This document shows positions 10,218 through 20,958 of a stretch of DNA of 64,000 nt, in pieces. The stretch lies in NCBI GenBank assembly GCA_044223185.1, contig JBGAMF010000007.1:686-64685 (forward strand), written 5' to 3'. The DNA comes from Casimicrobiaceae bacterium (GTDB taxonomy: Bacteria; Pseudomonadota; Gammaproteobacteria; Burkholderiales; Casimicrobiaceae). Every line of letters starts with the position of its first letter. Position 1 is the first letter of the stretch. Under the pieces are notes generated by a model. The model ran no database searches, had not been told where the DNA came from, and worked only from the letters and a program-made list of their open reading frames with translations. A program made the position numbers and the translations under genes.

Positions 10218-11080
10218 CGCCGATGGACATCGTCCGTACCGCAGCGGAACTCGCGCAACGCGTCGCCGGCCGCGGCCGCGTCGCGTTCGTGCCCACGATG
10301 GGCAACCTGCACGAGGGCCACCTGCGCCTGTGCGAGATCGCGCGCGAGCACGGCGACGTGGTCGTGACCAGCATCTTCGTCAACCGGCTGCAGTTCGGGC
10401 CGAACGAGGACTTCGACCGGTACCCGCGCACGTTCGAGGCGGACACTGCGGCGCTGGAGCGCAAGGGCGTGGACGTGCTGTTCGCGCCGCTCGAGCACGA
10501 GATGTACCCGACGCCGCAGGTCTACCGCGTGCAGCCGCCGCCGCTCGGCAACGAGCTGGAAGGCGCGTTCCGGCCGGGGTTCTTCGACGGCGTGTGCACG
10601 GTCGTGCTGAAGCTCTTCAACCTGGTGCGGCCGGACGCGGCCGTGTTCGGCAAGAAGGACCGGCAGCAGCTCAAGATCGTCCGCGGGATGGTGCAGCAGT
10701 TCAACCTGCCGATCGAGATCGTGCCGGCGGAGACGGTGCGCGCGCCCGACGGGCTCGCGCTGTCGTCGCGCAACGGCTACCTGACGCCCGAGGAGCGGGC
10801 CGAGGCGCCGAACCTCTACCGCGTGCTGCGCGGCATCGCCGACGAGATCGTCGGCGGCCGCACCGACTACGCGAACCTCGAGGCGGCCGGGCGCGCCGAG
10901 CTCTCGTCCCGCGGCTGGAAGGTCGACTACATCGCCGTGCGCCACGGGCTCGCGCTGCGCATCCCGCACCCCGAGGGCTACGACCACCCCAACCTGCTGA
11001 TCGTGCTGGCGGCCGCCAAGCTCGGCAACACGCGGCTCATCGACAACGTCGACGTCGTGTGGCAGGAAGGCAAGGACTGA
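10214..11080 (+). CDS. panC: Pantoate-beta-alanine ligase
   Basis: [34 protein letters not shown] and RLIDN motifs. Confidence 0.97.
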   Translation: MTPMDIVRTAAELAQRVAGRGRVAFVPTMGNLHEGHLRLCEIAREHGDVVVTSIFVNRLQFGPNEDFDRYPRTFEADTAALERKGVDVLFAPLEHEMYPTPQVYRVQPPPLGNELEGAFRPGFFDGVCTVVLKLFNLVRPDAAVFGKKDRQQLKIVRGMVQQFNLPIEIVPAETVRAPDGLALSSRNGYLTPEERAEAPNLYRVLRGIADEIVGGRTDYANLEAAGRAELSSRGWKVDYIAVRHGLALRIPHPEGYDHPNLLIVLAAAKLGNTRLIDNVDVVWQEGKD

Positions 11081-11148
11081 CCTCCTGCGGCCTTCACGCC
11101 GCCGTCACCCGCGATCCCCCAACCTTCCGCTGTCCCGGAGGTGCGCCC

Positions 11149-12117
11149 ATGAAGATCGTCCGACTCGTCGCCGCGCTGGCCGTCGCCGCGCTCGTTCCCC
11201 TCGCCGCCCTTGCGCAGGATGCGTACCCGGCCAAGCCGATCCGGCTCGTCGTGCCGTTCCCGCCGGGTGCGGGCACCGACACCGTCGCGCGCTTCGTCGC
11301 GCAGAAGCTCGCCGAGACGACGAAGGCGTCGATCGTCGTCGAGAACAAGACCGGCGCCGGCGGCGCGATCGGCGCGGCCGAGGTCGCCGCCGCGGCGCCG
11401 GACGGCTACACGCTGCTGTTCGTCGCGTCCCCGTTCACGACGGTCGCCGCGGCCGCGAAGACCGCGGCCTACGACCCCATTCGCCAGTTCGTGCCGGTGG
11501 CGCCCATTGCTTCCGGACCGCTCGCGTTCGTCGTCAACAAGGATCTGCCGGTCAACTCGATGCGCGAGTTCGTGGCGCTGGCGAAGAAGGAGCCGGGCAA
11601 GCTCAACTACGGCTCGGCGGGCGCGGGCAGCGTCAACCACCTCGCGCTCGAGCTCATGAACGCGCGCGCCGACATCGTCGTCGTGCACGTGCCCTACCGC
11701 GGCATCGCCGACGCGACCAAGGACCTGCTGGGCGGCGCGATCCAGTCGATGACCGCGTCGATCCCCGCCACGCTGCCGCTCGTCGCCGAGAAGCGCGTCA
11801 AGGTGCTGGCCGTGACGGGCGCCAAGCGCATCCCGCAGCTCCCCGGCGTGCCCAGCTGGCAGGAGGAAGGCGTGCCCAACGCCAACGTGATCAACTACTG
11901 GGGCATCGTCGCCCCCGCCGGCACGCCGCCGGCGATCGTCGCGCGGCTGAACGCCGACGTGCAGAAGGTGCTCGCGCAGCCGGACGTGCGCGAGCGGCTG
12001 GAGAAGGAGGGCGCCGAGCTCATCCCGGGCCCGCCCGAGCGGCTGGGGTCGCTGATCGAGGCCGACTTGAACGGCTGGAGGAAGCTGATCGTCGAGGCGA
12101 AGCTGTCGTTCGAGTGA
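11149..12117 (+). CDS. Bug/TctC family tripartite tricarboxylate transporter substrate-binding protein
   Basis: Signal peptide; YPAKPIRLVVPFPPGAGTD, VENKTGAGGAIG, HVPYRG. Confidence 0.93.
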   Translation: MKIVRLVAALAVAALVPLAALAQDAYPAKPIRLVVPFPPGAGTDTVARFVAQKLAETTKASIVVENKTGAGGAIGAAEVAAAAPDGYTLLFVASPFTTVAAAAKTAAYDPIRQFVPVAPIASGPLAFVVNKDLPVNSMREFVALAKKEPGKLNYGSAGAGSVNHLALELMNARADIVVVHVPYRGIADATKDLLGGAIQSMTASIPATLPLVAEKRVKVLAVTGAKRIPQLPGVPSWQEEGVPNANVINYWGIVAPAGTPPAIVARLNADVQKVLAQPDVRERLEKEGAELIPGPPERLGSLIEADLNGWRKLIVEAKLSFE

Positions 12118-12178
12118 GGCGCTCGGCCCAACCGGAAGCCGGGGGGCCGGGCGCCGCCCCTGCGCTCAATGTCGCGCC

Positions 12179-12796
12179 ATGCTGAAGGTGATCGGCGCCG
12201 GATTCAGCCGGACCGGAACGTACTCGCTCAAGCAGGCGCTGGAAGCGGTCGGGTCCGGTCCGTGCTACCACATGCACGAGGTGTTCGGACGTCCGGAGCA
12301 CGTCGCGCTGTGGGCGAACGCCTCGTCGCGCGAGCCCGACTGGTCGACGATGTTCGCCGGCTACGCATCGGTGGCAGATGCGCCCGCCTGCCACTACTGG
12401 CGGCAGATCCGCAACGCCTTCCCCGGCGCGAAGGTGATCCTGACCGTACGCGATGCGGACTCGTGGTACACGAGCTTCAGCGCGACCGTACTCGAGGTGA
12501 TGCACCGGCCGGATCTCCTGCCGGTGTCGGCGCACCCGACACTGGCGATGGCGCGCAAGCTCGTGCTCGACGAAGTCTTCTCCGGCCGGATCGAGGACCG
12601 GGCTCATGCGATCGCCGTCTACGAATCCCACAATCGCGCGGTCATCGACTCGGTCGATGCGCAGCGCCTGCTCGTCTACCGCGTCAACGACGGGTGGGCG
12701 CCGCTGTGCGCCTTCCTCGAAGTGCCTGTTCCTGCGGGCCCGTTCCCGGCGACGAACGCGCGAGCGCAATTCCGAGCCAGGCTCGGACTTTCGTGA
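12179..12796 (+). CDS. Sulfotransferase-like P-loop protein
   Basis: KVIGAGFSRTGTYSL, PCYHM, DAPAC, GWAPLCAFL..PVP..PFP..N. Confidence 0.85.
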   Translation: MLKVIGAGFSRTGTYSLKQALEAVGSGPCYHMHEVFGRPEHVALWANASSREPDWSTMFAGYASVADAPACHYWRQIRNAFPGAKVILTVRDADSWYTSFSATVLEVMHRPDLLPVSAHPTLAMARKLVLDEVFSGRIEDRAHAIAVYESHNRAVIDSVDAQRLLVYRVNDGWAPLCAFLEVPVPAGPFPATNARAQFRARLGLS

Positions 12797-12809
12797 GTCG
12801 GCGTGACCG

Positions 12810-13682
12810 CTACGCCCGCGGCCTCAGCGCCAGCACGTTGCCCGCTATCGCGAGCGCGACGCCCAGCACCGCGACCCACGTCCAGCGGTAGCCCTCGAAC
12901 AGCGTCGACAGCAGCATCGCCACCACCGGCGTTGCCACGCCGACGAACGACGACGGGCCCGCGCCGACGCGCTTCAGCAGCGTCAGGTACGCGCCGAACG
13001 CGGCGATGCTGCCGAAGACGGCGAGGTACAGCAACGAGAGCACGTAGGGCGGCCGCGGGTCGAACGTCCACGCCGCGCCGGTGACGGCGGCCGACAGCGC
13101 GGCCGCGAGCGCACCGTAGGCCATCCCCCACGCGGTCGCGGGAAACGTCGGCAGGCCGGCCTGGTGGTTGCGCACGGCGAACAGGTTGCCGGCCGTGGCG
13201 ATGGCCGTCGACACCAGCGCGAACGCGATGCCGAGCGCGGCGCTGCCGCCGTGGCGCGCGGCGTCGAGCTCCGGCAGGAACAGCAGCGCCACGCCCGCGA
13301 CGCCGAGCGTGGCCGCGACGAGCGTGCGCGCCGACATGGGCGTCCCGAACGCGAGCCGCATGCCGACCGGGCTCATGAACACGATCGTGGAGAAGACGAC
13401 GGCGACGAGGCCGGACGGCACGAAGCGCTCGGCCCAGTAGACGGTCACGTAGTTGAAGCCGAACAGCGTCGCGCCGGTGCCGGCGAGGAACGCGTGGTCG
13501 CGCCGGGAAAACCGCAGCGGCACGCCGCGCCACGCGCACCACGCGGCCAGCAGCGCGGCGGCAAGCGCGAACCGGTAGGCGACCGACACCTCGGGCGGCA
13601 CGACGCCGAGCTGGAACGTGATGCCCAGCCACGTCGAGCCCCAGATCAGCGTGGCGGTGAGGAAGAGGGCGGGGTTGCTCAT
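12810..13682 (-). CDS. EamA/DMT family transporter
   Basis: About 10 TM helices; LIWGSTW; duplicated EamA pattern. Confidence 0.9.
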   Translation of the reverse strand: MSNPALFLTATLIWGSTWLGITFQLGVVPPEVSVAYRFALAAALLAAWCAWRGVPLRFSRRDHAFLAGTGATLFGFNYVTVYWAERFVPSGLVAVVFSTIVFMSPVGMRLAFGTPMSARTLVAATLGVAGVALLFLPELDAARHGGSAALGIAFALVSTAIATAGNLFAVRNHQAGLPTFPATAWGMAYGALAAALSAAVTGAAWTFDPRPPYVLSLLYLAVFGSIAAFGAYLTLLKRVGAGPSSFVGVATPVVAMLLSTLFEGYRWTWVAVLGVALAIAGNVLALRPRA

Positions 13683-13775
13683 GGGAGAGAGCGTGCCTCC
13701 AGCGGCGCCGGGCCCGGCCGGGCTGCAAGGGCCGGACCCCGATCGCGCGGACTCGAGGCCTGGGAGGGTCTGACC

Positions 13776-14945
13776 CTACGCGGCGCGGAGCGCGTCGACG
13801 ATCCTGAGCCGCGCCGCGCGGGCCGCGGGCAGGAAGCCGCCGACGAAGCCCATCAGCAGCGCGAAGCCGAGCGACGAAGCGACGATCTCCGGCGTCAGCG
13901 TGAACGAGAACGCGATCTCGGAGAAGGTCTGGAAGTTCGACGTCGAGATCGGCACCATCTGCATGAACGACGCCGCGAACAGGCCGGCGAGGCCGCCGAC
14001 CAGGCCCAGCAGCAGCGCCTCGCCGAGGAACGCGACCAGGATGGCCGCGCGCGAGAAGCCGAGCGCGCGCAACGTGCCGATCTCGGCCGTGCGCGACGCC
14101 ACGCTGGCGTACATCGTGATCATGGCCCCGATGATCGCGCCGATCGAGAAGATGACGGAGATGGTCGTGCCCAGGTACGAGATGAACTTGGCCATGACTT
14201 CCGACTGGTCGGCGTAGAACTGCGTCTCGCGCTTGACCTCCAGCGTGAGGCGCTGGTCGCCCTCGATTTCCTTCTTCACCGCGTCGAAGCTCGCGGGGTC
14301 GGCGAGCTTGAACAGGAGCGCCGAGAACCCGATCCGCCGGAACGACTGCAGCATCTGCTCGGCGTCGCCCCAGATCTCCGAGTTGAAGCCGGTGCGGCCG
14401 GCGTCGAACACGCCGACGACCGTCCAGTCGCGCTGGGCGAAGCGCAGCGTCTGCCCCAGCGACGCTCCGCGGAAGCCGTTGGCGATCGCGCGGCCGGCGA
14501 TGATCTCCGACGTGCCGGGCCGGAACATCCGCCCCTCGACGATCTGCGCCTGCGGCCGCAGCACGAGCCCTTCGGGCGTGACGCCGCGGATCACGACGTT
14601 CGACGGCGCGCCGGTCTCGCGCCGCGGCAGCGTGATCAGGACGACCGGCTCCTTCGAGAGGAGCTTGACGCCGCCCCCTCCGGCCGCGACCTGCGGCAGC
14701 GTCTCGACGATCGCCGCGGATGCGCGGTCGATGCCGCTCTGGATCTCGGTCTGCGAGCCGCGGCGGATCACCAGCACGTTGTCCGGCTGCCCGGTCGCCA
14801 CCAGCGTCTCGCGCAGGCCCGCGGAGAGCATCAGCACGGTGGTGAACACGAAGACGACGAGCGCCATGCCCGCCGCGGTGAGCGCCGTGGTGAGCTTGCG
14901 CGCGTACAGGTTGCGCGCGATGTAGGAGAACGGGATCGTGGTCAC
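13776..14945 (-). CDS. MacB/FtsX-like ABC transporter permease
   Basis: MacB periplasmic core; RTAEIGTLRALGF motif. Confidence 0.9.
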   Translation of the reverse strand: MTTIPFSYIARNLYARKLTTALTAAGMALVVFVFTTVLMLSAGLRETLVATGQPDNVLVIRRGSQTEIQSGIDRASAAIVETLPQVAAGGGGVKLLSKEPVVLITLPRRETGAPSNVVIRGVTPEGLVLRPQAQIVEGRMFRPGTSEIIAGRAIANGFRGASLGQTLRFAQRDWTVVGVFDAGRTGFNSEIWGDAEQMLQSFRRIGFSALLFKLADPASFDAVKKEIEGDQRLTLEVKRETQFYADQSEVMAKFISYLGTTISVIFSIGAIIGAMITMYASVASRTAEIGTLRALGFSRAAILVAFLGEALLLGLVGGLAGLFAASFMQMVPISTSNFQTFSEIAFSFTLTPEIVASSLGFALLMGFVGGFLPAARAARLRIVDALRAA

Positions 14946-14955
14946 GTGCAGGGCC

Positions 14956-16113
14956 TCACGCGACGGCGCGCAGGCCGTCGACGATGCGCACGTGGGCGGC
15001 GCGCCAGGCCGGGATCAGCGCCGCCACGACGCCGACGGTGAGCGCGGCGCCGACCTGCATCGCCACGGTGTCCGTCGAGACGAAGAACACCGGGAACAGC
15101 GTTCCCATCTGCCCGGCGAACCAGTCGGCGATCGGGAAGGTGAGCGCGATGCCGAGGGCGCCGCCGGCGAGCGCGATCCCCAGCGACTCGGCGAAGATCA
15201 GCAGCGCGACGAAGCCGTTGCCGAACCCGATCGCCTTCAGCGTCGCGTACTCGGAGTAGCGCTCGCGCGCGGTCATCGCCATCGTGTTGGCCATCACCGC
15301 CATGATGATCAGGATGATGACGAAGGAGACCGTCTCGATGGCGACGAGGATCGCCTCGGTCATCGCGACGAAGCCCAGCTGGAACGCCTTCTCGGTCTCG
15401 GTCAGCGTCTCGGCGAGCGAGTTGCGGAACGTCGCGTCGATGCGCTGCGAGATCTCGGCGGCCTGCGCCGGCTCGCGGATCTCGACCACGTAGAGCCCGG
15501 CCAGGTCCGCCCGCCGCGGGAAGCGCGCCTTGACCGTCTCGTTCAGGTAGTCCCAGTGGAAGAAGAACTGCGTCTCGTCGACCTTGTTGTCGGCGCCGTC
15601 GTAGATCGCGCGCAGCGTGAACGTCCAGGTCCCGGGGAAGATCGTCCCGCGCAGCGGGATGCGGTCGCCGACCTTCCAGCCGTACTTGTCGGCCAGCTTG
15701 CGGCCCACCACCGCGCCTCCGCGGTCGAGCAGGAACGCCTTGCGCTCGGCGTCGTCGAGCCGGTACTCCGGGTACATGCCGAGGAACGTCGGCGCGTCGA
15801 CGGCGAACTGCGGGAAGAAGTTGGCCTCGGTGATGTACACGCCGCCGAACCAGTTCATCCACGACACCGACTTCACGCCCTCGACCTGCCTGATCTTCTG
15901 CGCGTAGTTGAGCGGCAGGAAGAACACCAGCGAGATCGAGCTGCGGGTGATGAGCCGCGCCGACGACGAGGCCTCCGAGCCCGCGTACCACGCGTCGACG
16001 ATCGTGCGCAGCAGGCCGAAGGCGACGATGGCGACGACGATGCCGACCATCGTCAGCGTCGTCCGCAGCTTGTGGCGGAACGCGTTGCGCAGGACGAGGA
16101 ACGGTACGAACAA
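14956..16113 (-). CDS. MacB/FtsX-like ABC transporter permease (second)
   Basis: LRNAFRHKLRT N-terminus; ERYSEYATLKAIGF motif. Confidence 0.9.
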   Translation of the reverse strand: MFVPFLVLRNAFRHKLRTTLTMVGIVVAIVAFGLLRTIVDAWYAGSEASSSARLITRSSISLVFFLPLNYAQKIRQVEGVKSVSWMNWFGGVYITEANFFPQFAVDAPTFLGMYPEYRLDDAERKAFLLDRGGAVVGRKLADKYGWKVGDRIPLRGTIFPGTWTFTLRAIYDGADNKVDETQFFFHWDYLNETVKARFPRRADLAGLYVVEIREPAQAAEISQRIDATFRNSLAETLTETEKAFQLGFVAMTEAILVAIETVSFVIILIIMAVMANTMAMTARERYSEYATLKAIGFGNGFVALLIFAESLGIALAGGALGIALTFPIADWFAGQMGTLFPVFFVSTDTVAMQVGAALTVGVVAALIPAWRAAHVRIVDGLRAVA

Positions 16114-16134
16114 GGGCGGCGCGCGGGCGCGTCT

Positions 16135-16854
16135 TCAGTCGACGAGCACGCCCTTCTCGAGGTGGATGAGCCGCCGCGCCTTGCCGGCCGCCTTCGGGTC
16201 GTGCGTGACCATGATGATGCTCTTCCCGAGCTCGCGGTTGAGCGCGTCGAGCAGCGACAGGATCTCCTCCGCGGTGGTGCGGTCGAGGTCGCCGGTCGGC
16301 TCGTCGGCGACGATCACCGTCGGGTCCGCGATCAGCGCGCGCGCGATGGCGACGCGCTGCTGCTGGCCGCCGGAGAGCTCGTTCGGATAGTGCTCCATCC
16401 GGTCGGCCAGGCCGACCAGCGCCATCGTGTGCTCCACGCGCTCGCGCCGCTCGCGCCGGGACAGCGTCGTGAGCTGCAGCGGCAGCTCGACGTTCTGGAA
16501 CGCGGTCAGCACCGGCATCAGGTTGTAGAACTGGAAGATGAAGCCGACGTGCGTCGCGCGCCAGGCGGCGAGGTCCCCGTCGGACAGCGCGGCGATGTCC
16601 ACGCCGGCGACGCGCAGCTCGCCCGACGACGGCTTGTCGATGCCGGCGATCAGGTTGAGCAGCGTCGACTTGCCGGAGCCCGACGGGCCCATCAGCGCGA
16701 CGAAGTCGCCGACGTCGATGTCGAGGTTGATGTCGACCAGCACCGGGATGACCTGGTCGCCGCGCACGTAGTGCTTGGACAGGCCGCGGATCGCCACGAG
16801 CGAGCCGCGGCCGACGGCCGCACCGGCGGCGGTCTCGCTGGCGGGAGCGGTCAT
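16135..16854 (-). CDS. ABC transporter ATP-binding protein (LolD/MacB type)
   Basis: GPSGSGKST, LSGGQQQRVAIARA, ADEPTGDLD, VTHD. Confidence 0.95.
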   Translation of the reverse strand: MTAPASETAAGAAVGRGSLVAIRGLSKHYVRGDQVIPVLVDINLDIDVGDFVALMGPSGSGKSTLLNLIAGIDKPSSGELRVAGVDIAALSDGDLAAWRATHVGFIFQFYNLMPVLTAFQNVELPLQLTTLSRRERRERVEHTMALVGLADRMEHYPNELSGGQQQRVAIARALIADPTVIVADEPTGDLDRTTAEEILSLLDALNRELGKSIIMVTHDPKAAGKARRLIHLEKGVLVD

Positions 16855-16876
16855 GGGTCGAATGCGCCGGCGCGGC

Positions 16877-18100
16877 CTACTTGGCCGCGACGACCTTGAC
16901 CAGCGCGCCGGCCTGCAGCGTCTCCGGCGGCCGCAGCACGGCCCGGTCGCCCGCCTTCACGTCGCCGGCGATAGCGACCAGGTCGGAGAGCTTCGCGCCC
17001 TCGGTCACCGGAACGGCGACGGCGCGGTCGTCGCGCACGACGAACAGCACCGCCCGTCCGTCGCGCCGCACCAGCGCCGCCGGGTTCACCGCCAGCAGCG
17101 GCTTCTGCTGCTCGGCGGTCACGTCCTGCGACAGGAAACTCACCTTCGCGCTCATCTCCGGCAGCACGCGCGGGTCGATGGTGTCGAACCTGACCTTGGT
17201 CATCACCGTCGCCTTCGCACGGTCGATCGTCGGCACCATCCGGCTGATGCGGCCGCGGAAGCGCACGCCCGGCAGGGCGTCGAGGACGATCTCGGCCGGC
17301 TGCCCCACCTGGATCTTGGCGAGGCTCGCCTCCGACACGTCCGCCTCGACCTCCAGCGTGCTCATGTCCGCCATCGACACGACGGCACCCTTCGAGTCGG
17401 CCGCGTTGGAGAACGGCGTCACCAGGTCGCCGACGTTGGCGCTCTTCGACAGGATGACGCCGTCGAACGGCGCGCGAATGACCGTGTAGTCGACGGCGAC
17501 CAGCGCGTTGCGGGCGGCCGACTCGGCCGCGCCGATGTTCGCCTTCGCGCTGGCCACGCCCGCCACCGCGCGGTCGGCGCGGGCCTTCGCCGTGTCCACG
17601 GACGCGGCGGAGACGAAGCCCTTGGCGAGCAGGTCGTTCGCGCGCTTCAGCTGCGCGAGCGCGTCGGTCTCCTCGGCCTGCGCCTGCGCGAGCGCCGCCT
17701 GCGCGGCGCGCACGTTCGCCTGCGCCGCGTCCGCCTGCGCGACGACGTCGCGGGAATCGATGCGCGCGATGACGTCGCCTTCCTTCACGCGCGATCCCTC
17801 GGCGACGCCCAGCCACTCGACGCGGCCCGTCGCCTTCGACGAGATCGACGCCTTGCGCTGCGCGACCACGTAGCCGGTCGCGTTGAGGACCACGAACTGC
17901 TGCGACGGGTACGCGACGACGACCGGCGCCGCCTGCACCGCAAGCGCACGAGGCTGCAGTGCGAACCAGGCGCCGCCTGCCGCCAGCACGGCGACGAGGA
18001 GGCCGAGCCAGATCCATCGCCGGCGGCGGCGTGACCGGACGGGGGCCAGCTGGCGGTCGATCCGGAGCTTGCTGAGGTCGGGAGAGGTGTCCTGCTGCAT
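16877..18100 (-). CDS. Periplasmic adaptor (membrane fusion) protein of a MacAB-like exporter
   Basis: N-terminal TM; ATGYVVA, lipoyl halves, coiled coil, IRAPFDGVI. Confidence 0.92.
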   Translation of the reverse strand: MQQDTSPDLSKLRIDRQLAPVRSRRRRRWIWLGLLVAVLAAGGAWFALQPRALAVQAAPVVVAYPSQQFVVLNATGYVVAQRKASISSKATGRVEWLGVAEGSRVKEGDVIARIDSRDVVAQADAAQANVRAAQAALAQAQAEETDALAQLKRANDLLAKGFVSAASVDTAKARADRAVAGVASAKANIGAAESAARNALVAVDYTVIRAPFDGVILSKSANVGDLVTPFSNAADSKGAVVSMADMSTLEVEADVSEASLAKIQVGQPAEIVLDALPGVRFRGRISRMVPTIDRAKATVMTKVRFDTIDPRVLPEMSAKVSFLSQDVTAEQQKPLLAVNPAALVRRDGRAVLFVVRDDRAVAVPVTEGAKLSDLVAIAGDVKAGDRAVLRPPETLQAGALVKVVAAK

Positions 18101-18279
18101 GTGGGGTCGACGCCGTCGGTCGCGCCGCAGCGCGCCTTCACGGGCGCCTTTCGCGGCAAGCCGCCTATTCTACCGGCGCCCGCCGTCCGGACGCCTGCGC
18201 GGCGTGCTTACGCCTTCGCGGGCGCCCGCGCCCGCGCTTCCGCACGCAAGGGGTTGCATTGTCGGCCCCGGGGCACCAT

Positions 18280-18298
18280 CATGCGAATAGTTCTTATT
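18280..18298. promoter_or_regulatory. Putative Fur box upstream of bfd
   Basis: catgcgaatagttcttatt resembles AATGAGAATnATTCTCATT; AT-rich in GC-rich context; bfd is classically Fur-repressed. Confidence 0.7.
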
Positions 18299-18338
18299 TC
18301 CTGTCCCGCGCCGCGGGGGCAGGGCCCGAGGCACCGCC

Positions 18339-18533
18339 GTGTACGTGTGCATCTGCAACGCCGTCACCGATCGCGACATCCGCGGCGCGGTCGCGCGCGG
18401 CGCGCGCTCGCTCGACGACCTCGCGGCGACGCTCCGCGTCGCGACGCACTGCCGCAAGTGCGCCGAATGCGCGCGGGCCGTGCTCGCCGACGCCGTGGCC
18501 GCGCTGCCCTCGTGCGCCGCGGCCGACGACTGA
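18339..18533 (+). CDS. bfd: Bacterioferritin-associated ferredoxin
   Basis: MYVCICNAVTDRDI...CRKCAEC. Confidence 0.93.
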   Translation: MYVCICNAVTDRDIRGAVARGARSLDDLAATLRVATHCRKCAECARAVLADAVAALPSCAAADD

Positions 18534-18608
18534 CGGGCACGGGTCCCGCGCTCGCGCCAGCCGGCTTCCGCGCTAGACTGCGCGCTTCCGAACCGCGAGG
18601 AACACCCC

Positions 18609-19091
18609 GTGCGCAGCGATCCCGAAGTCATCCGTCACCTGAACGCCGTGCTCGCCAACGAGCTCACCGCGATCAACCAGTACTTCCTGCACGCGCGGAT
18701 GTTCGGAAACTGGGGCTTCGCGCGGCTGGAGGAAGTCGAGCGCAAGGCGTCGATCGACGAGATGAAGCACGCCGACGCGCTGATCGAGCGGATCCTGTTC
18801 CTCGAGGGCCTGCCGAACCTGCAGGACCTGCACAAGCTGATGATCGGCGAGAGCGTGCAGGAGGCGCTCGCGTGCGACCTCACGCTCGAGCAGGCGGCGC
18901 ACCCGGCGCTCAAGGCGGCCATCGCCCACTGCGAGAAGGTCGGCGACTACGTGAGCCGCGAACTCTTCGTCGACATCCTCGCTTCGGAGGAGGAGCACAT
19001 CGACTTCCTCGAGACGCAGCTCGCGCTCGTCGACAGGGTCGGCGCGCAGAACTACCTGCAGTCGCAGATGGGCGACGGCGGCGCGCCGTAG
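18609..19091 (+). CDS. bfr: Bacterioferritin
   Basis: [34 protein letters not shown] ferroxidase motifs. Confidence 0.96.
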   Translation: MRSDPEVIRHLNAVLANELTAINQYFLHARMFGNWGFARLEEVERKASIDEMKHADALIERILFLEGLPNLQDLHKLMIGESVQEALACDLTLEQAAHPALKAAIAHCEKVGDYVSRELFVDILASEEEHIDFLETQLALVDRVGAQNYLQSQMGDGGAP

Positions 19092-19102
19092 CGCCGCCCA
19101 CC

Positions 19103-20041
19103 CTACCCGCCGTCGAGCGGCGTGGGCGCGGGCGGTTGCGGCTGCCCGCGGCGGGCCGCGCGCAGCGCTTCGATCGACACGATCACGAGGCCCGCGCCGA
19201 TCAGCGCGATGCCCGTCCATTCGTTCCCGGTCAGCCGCTCGCCGAACACCAGCATCGACGACACCAGCGCAATCACCGGGATCGCGAACATGTTGAGCGA
19301 CGCGGTGCCGGCCGGCAGGTGCCGCAGGACGGCGATCCACAGCATGAAGCCCAGCCCGGTCGACACGGCGCCGACGTAGAACAGGAGCAGCGCGAAGCCC
19401 GCGCTCCAGCGGGTGGCGGGGAAGTCGGCGAACGCCGGCAGCAGCGTCAGCGGCAGCACGCCGACCGCCATCTGCCACGCCATGAAGTTGAGCGGGTCGA
19501 AGCTCTTGCCGCGCTGGAAGTACTTGGTCGCGACGGTGCCCGCCGCCCAGCCGAAGCCCGACAGCACCGCCCACAGCTTGGGCGTCAGGTCGCCGGACCA
19601 GTCCCACGGCGCGACGACCAGCGTGAGGCCCGCGAACGCGAGCGCGACCGCCACCCACTGGCCGCCGCGCACGCGCTCGTGCAGCACCGGCCACGCGATC
19701 AGCAGCGTCCAGAACGGCATCGTGAACACCAGCACCGACGTGCGCCCCGCGCCGCCGCCGGCGAGCGCCATCGTCGTCGCGCCGAAGTTGATCGTCGTCT
19801 GGAAGAAGCCGGTGACGACGATGGCGAGCCACGACGCTGGCGCGAGCGGCCGGCCCTGCGCGATCAGCACCGCGAAGAGCACGATCGCCGCGAGCCACGT
19901 CCGCTGCACGTTGAGCACGACCGGATCGGCGTGCTGCAGCGCGGACTTCATCACGATCCAGTTGCTGCCCCAGATCAGCGTGAGCGCCGCCAGCGCCACG
20001 TAGGCGCCGCGCCGCGAGTGAATGCCCAACCGCGACCGCAT
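19103..20041 (-). CDS. EamA/DMT family transporter
   Basis: LIWGSNW; about 10 TM helices; ATG overlaps upstream TGA; real gene is the C-terminal part of the 1827-aa track ORF. Confidence 0.88.
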   Translation of the reverse strand: MRSRLGIHSRRGAYVALAALTLIWGSNWIVMKSALQHADPVVLNVQRTWLAAIVLFAVLIAQGRPLAPASWLAIVVTGFFQTTINFGATTMALAGGGAGRTSVLVFTMPFWTLLIAWPVLHERVRGGQWVAVALAFAGLTLVVAPWDWSGDLTPKLWAVLSGFGWAAGTVATKYFQRGKSFDPLNFMAWQMAVGVLPLTLLPAFADFPATRWSAGFALLLFYVGAVSTGLGFMLWIAVLRHLPAGTASLNMFAIPVIALVSSMLVFGERLTGNEWTGIALIGAGLVIVSIEALRAARRGQPQPPAPTPLDGG

Positions 20042-20958
20042 CAGGCGGCCGGCGCGGCCAGGAAGGCCTCCAGCGCGCGCGCCACCGCCTCCGGCTGGTC
20101 GTGGTGGAGCATGTGCCCGGCGTCGGGAATGGTGACGAGCCGGGCGCCCTCCACGTGCGCGAACCGGCGCGCGACCTCGGTCGCCGGGTCGCCGCCGGCG
20201 GCGAGCCACCTGGCGATGTGCGAGTCGGCGCCCGCGATCCAGAGGGTCGGTGCCGCGATCGCGCGCCACACCGCGTACATGTCCGCCATCCGGTAGGTCG
20301 TCGGGAACGGCAGCTTGTGCTTCGGGTCCGCGCGCAGGCGCGCGGTGCCGTCCGCCAGGCGCTCCGCCCAGTGCCCGGCGATGAACGCCGCCTTGTCGCG
20401 CGGCAGCCTGCGGTTGTTCTTCTGCAGCCGGTCGGTGACGGCGTCCATGTCGCGGTAGGGCGCGAAGCCCTCCGGCGCCGCCAGCGCGTCGAGCCAGTGG
20501 GTGAGCTTCTGCGGCGCCTGGTCCGCCGGCTGGTCGGGCACGCCGAAGCCGTCGAGCGCCGCGACGTGCGCGACGCTGCCCGGGCGCGCGCCGGCGTAGA
20601 GCAGCGCGACGTTCGCGCCGAGGCTGTGCCCGGCCAGCGCGATCTTCTCGCCCCCCGCCAGCGCGCGCACCAGCGCGTCGAGGTCGGCCACGTAGTCGAG
20701 GAACCAGTAGCCGTCCTGCGGCGTCTCCGACAGTCCGAAGCCGCGCCAGTCCGGCGCCAGCACGTGCCAGTCGCCGGCAAGCGCGTCGACCATGAACTGG
20801 AACGACGCGGAAACGTCCATCCACCCGTGGAGCAGGAAGAGCTTGCGCGCCGACGCGTCGCCCCACGTGCGCACGTGGTACGACAGCCCGCGCACGTCGA
20901 CGAAGCGCGACGCGGACGCCTTCACCGGCCGGTAGGCGTGCACGCGCTCGGCCGTCAC
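20041..20958 (-). CDS. Alpha/beta hydrolase
   Basis: LLHGWMD, APDWRGFG, GHSLGA nucleophile elbow, AGHMLHHD; GTGA overlap with upstream gene. Confidence 0.92.
   Translation of the reverse strand: MTAERVHAYRPVKASASRFVDVRGLSYHVRTWGDASARKLFLLHGWMDVSASFQFMVDALAGDWHVLAPDWRGFGLSETPQDGYWFLDYVADLDALVRALAGGEKIALAGHSLGANVALLYAGARPGSVAHVAALDGFGVPDQPADQAPQKLTHWLDALAAPEGFAPYRDMDAVTDRLQKNNRRLPRDKAAFIAGHWAERLADGTARLRADPKHKLPFPTTYRMADMYAVWRAIAAPTLWIAGADSHIARWLAAGGDPATEVARRFAHVEGARLVTIPDAGHMLHHDQPEAVARALEAFLAAPAA

Noticed and set aside
13776-18100. Two-permease MacAB-like exporter as a novel system
   Set aside because: Adaptor-ATPase-permease-permease operons are common; no cargo gene adjacent
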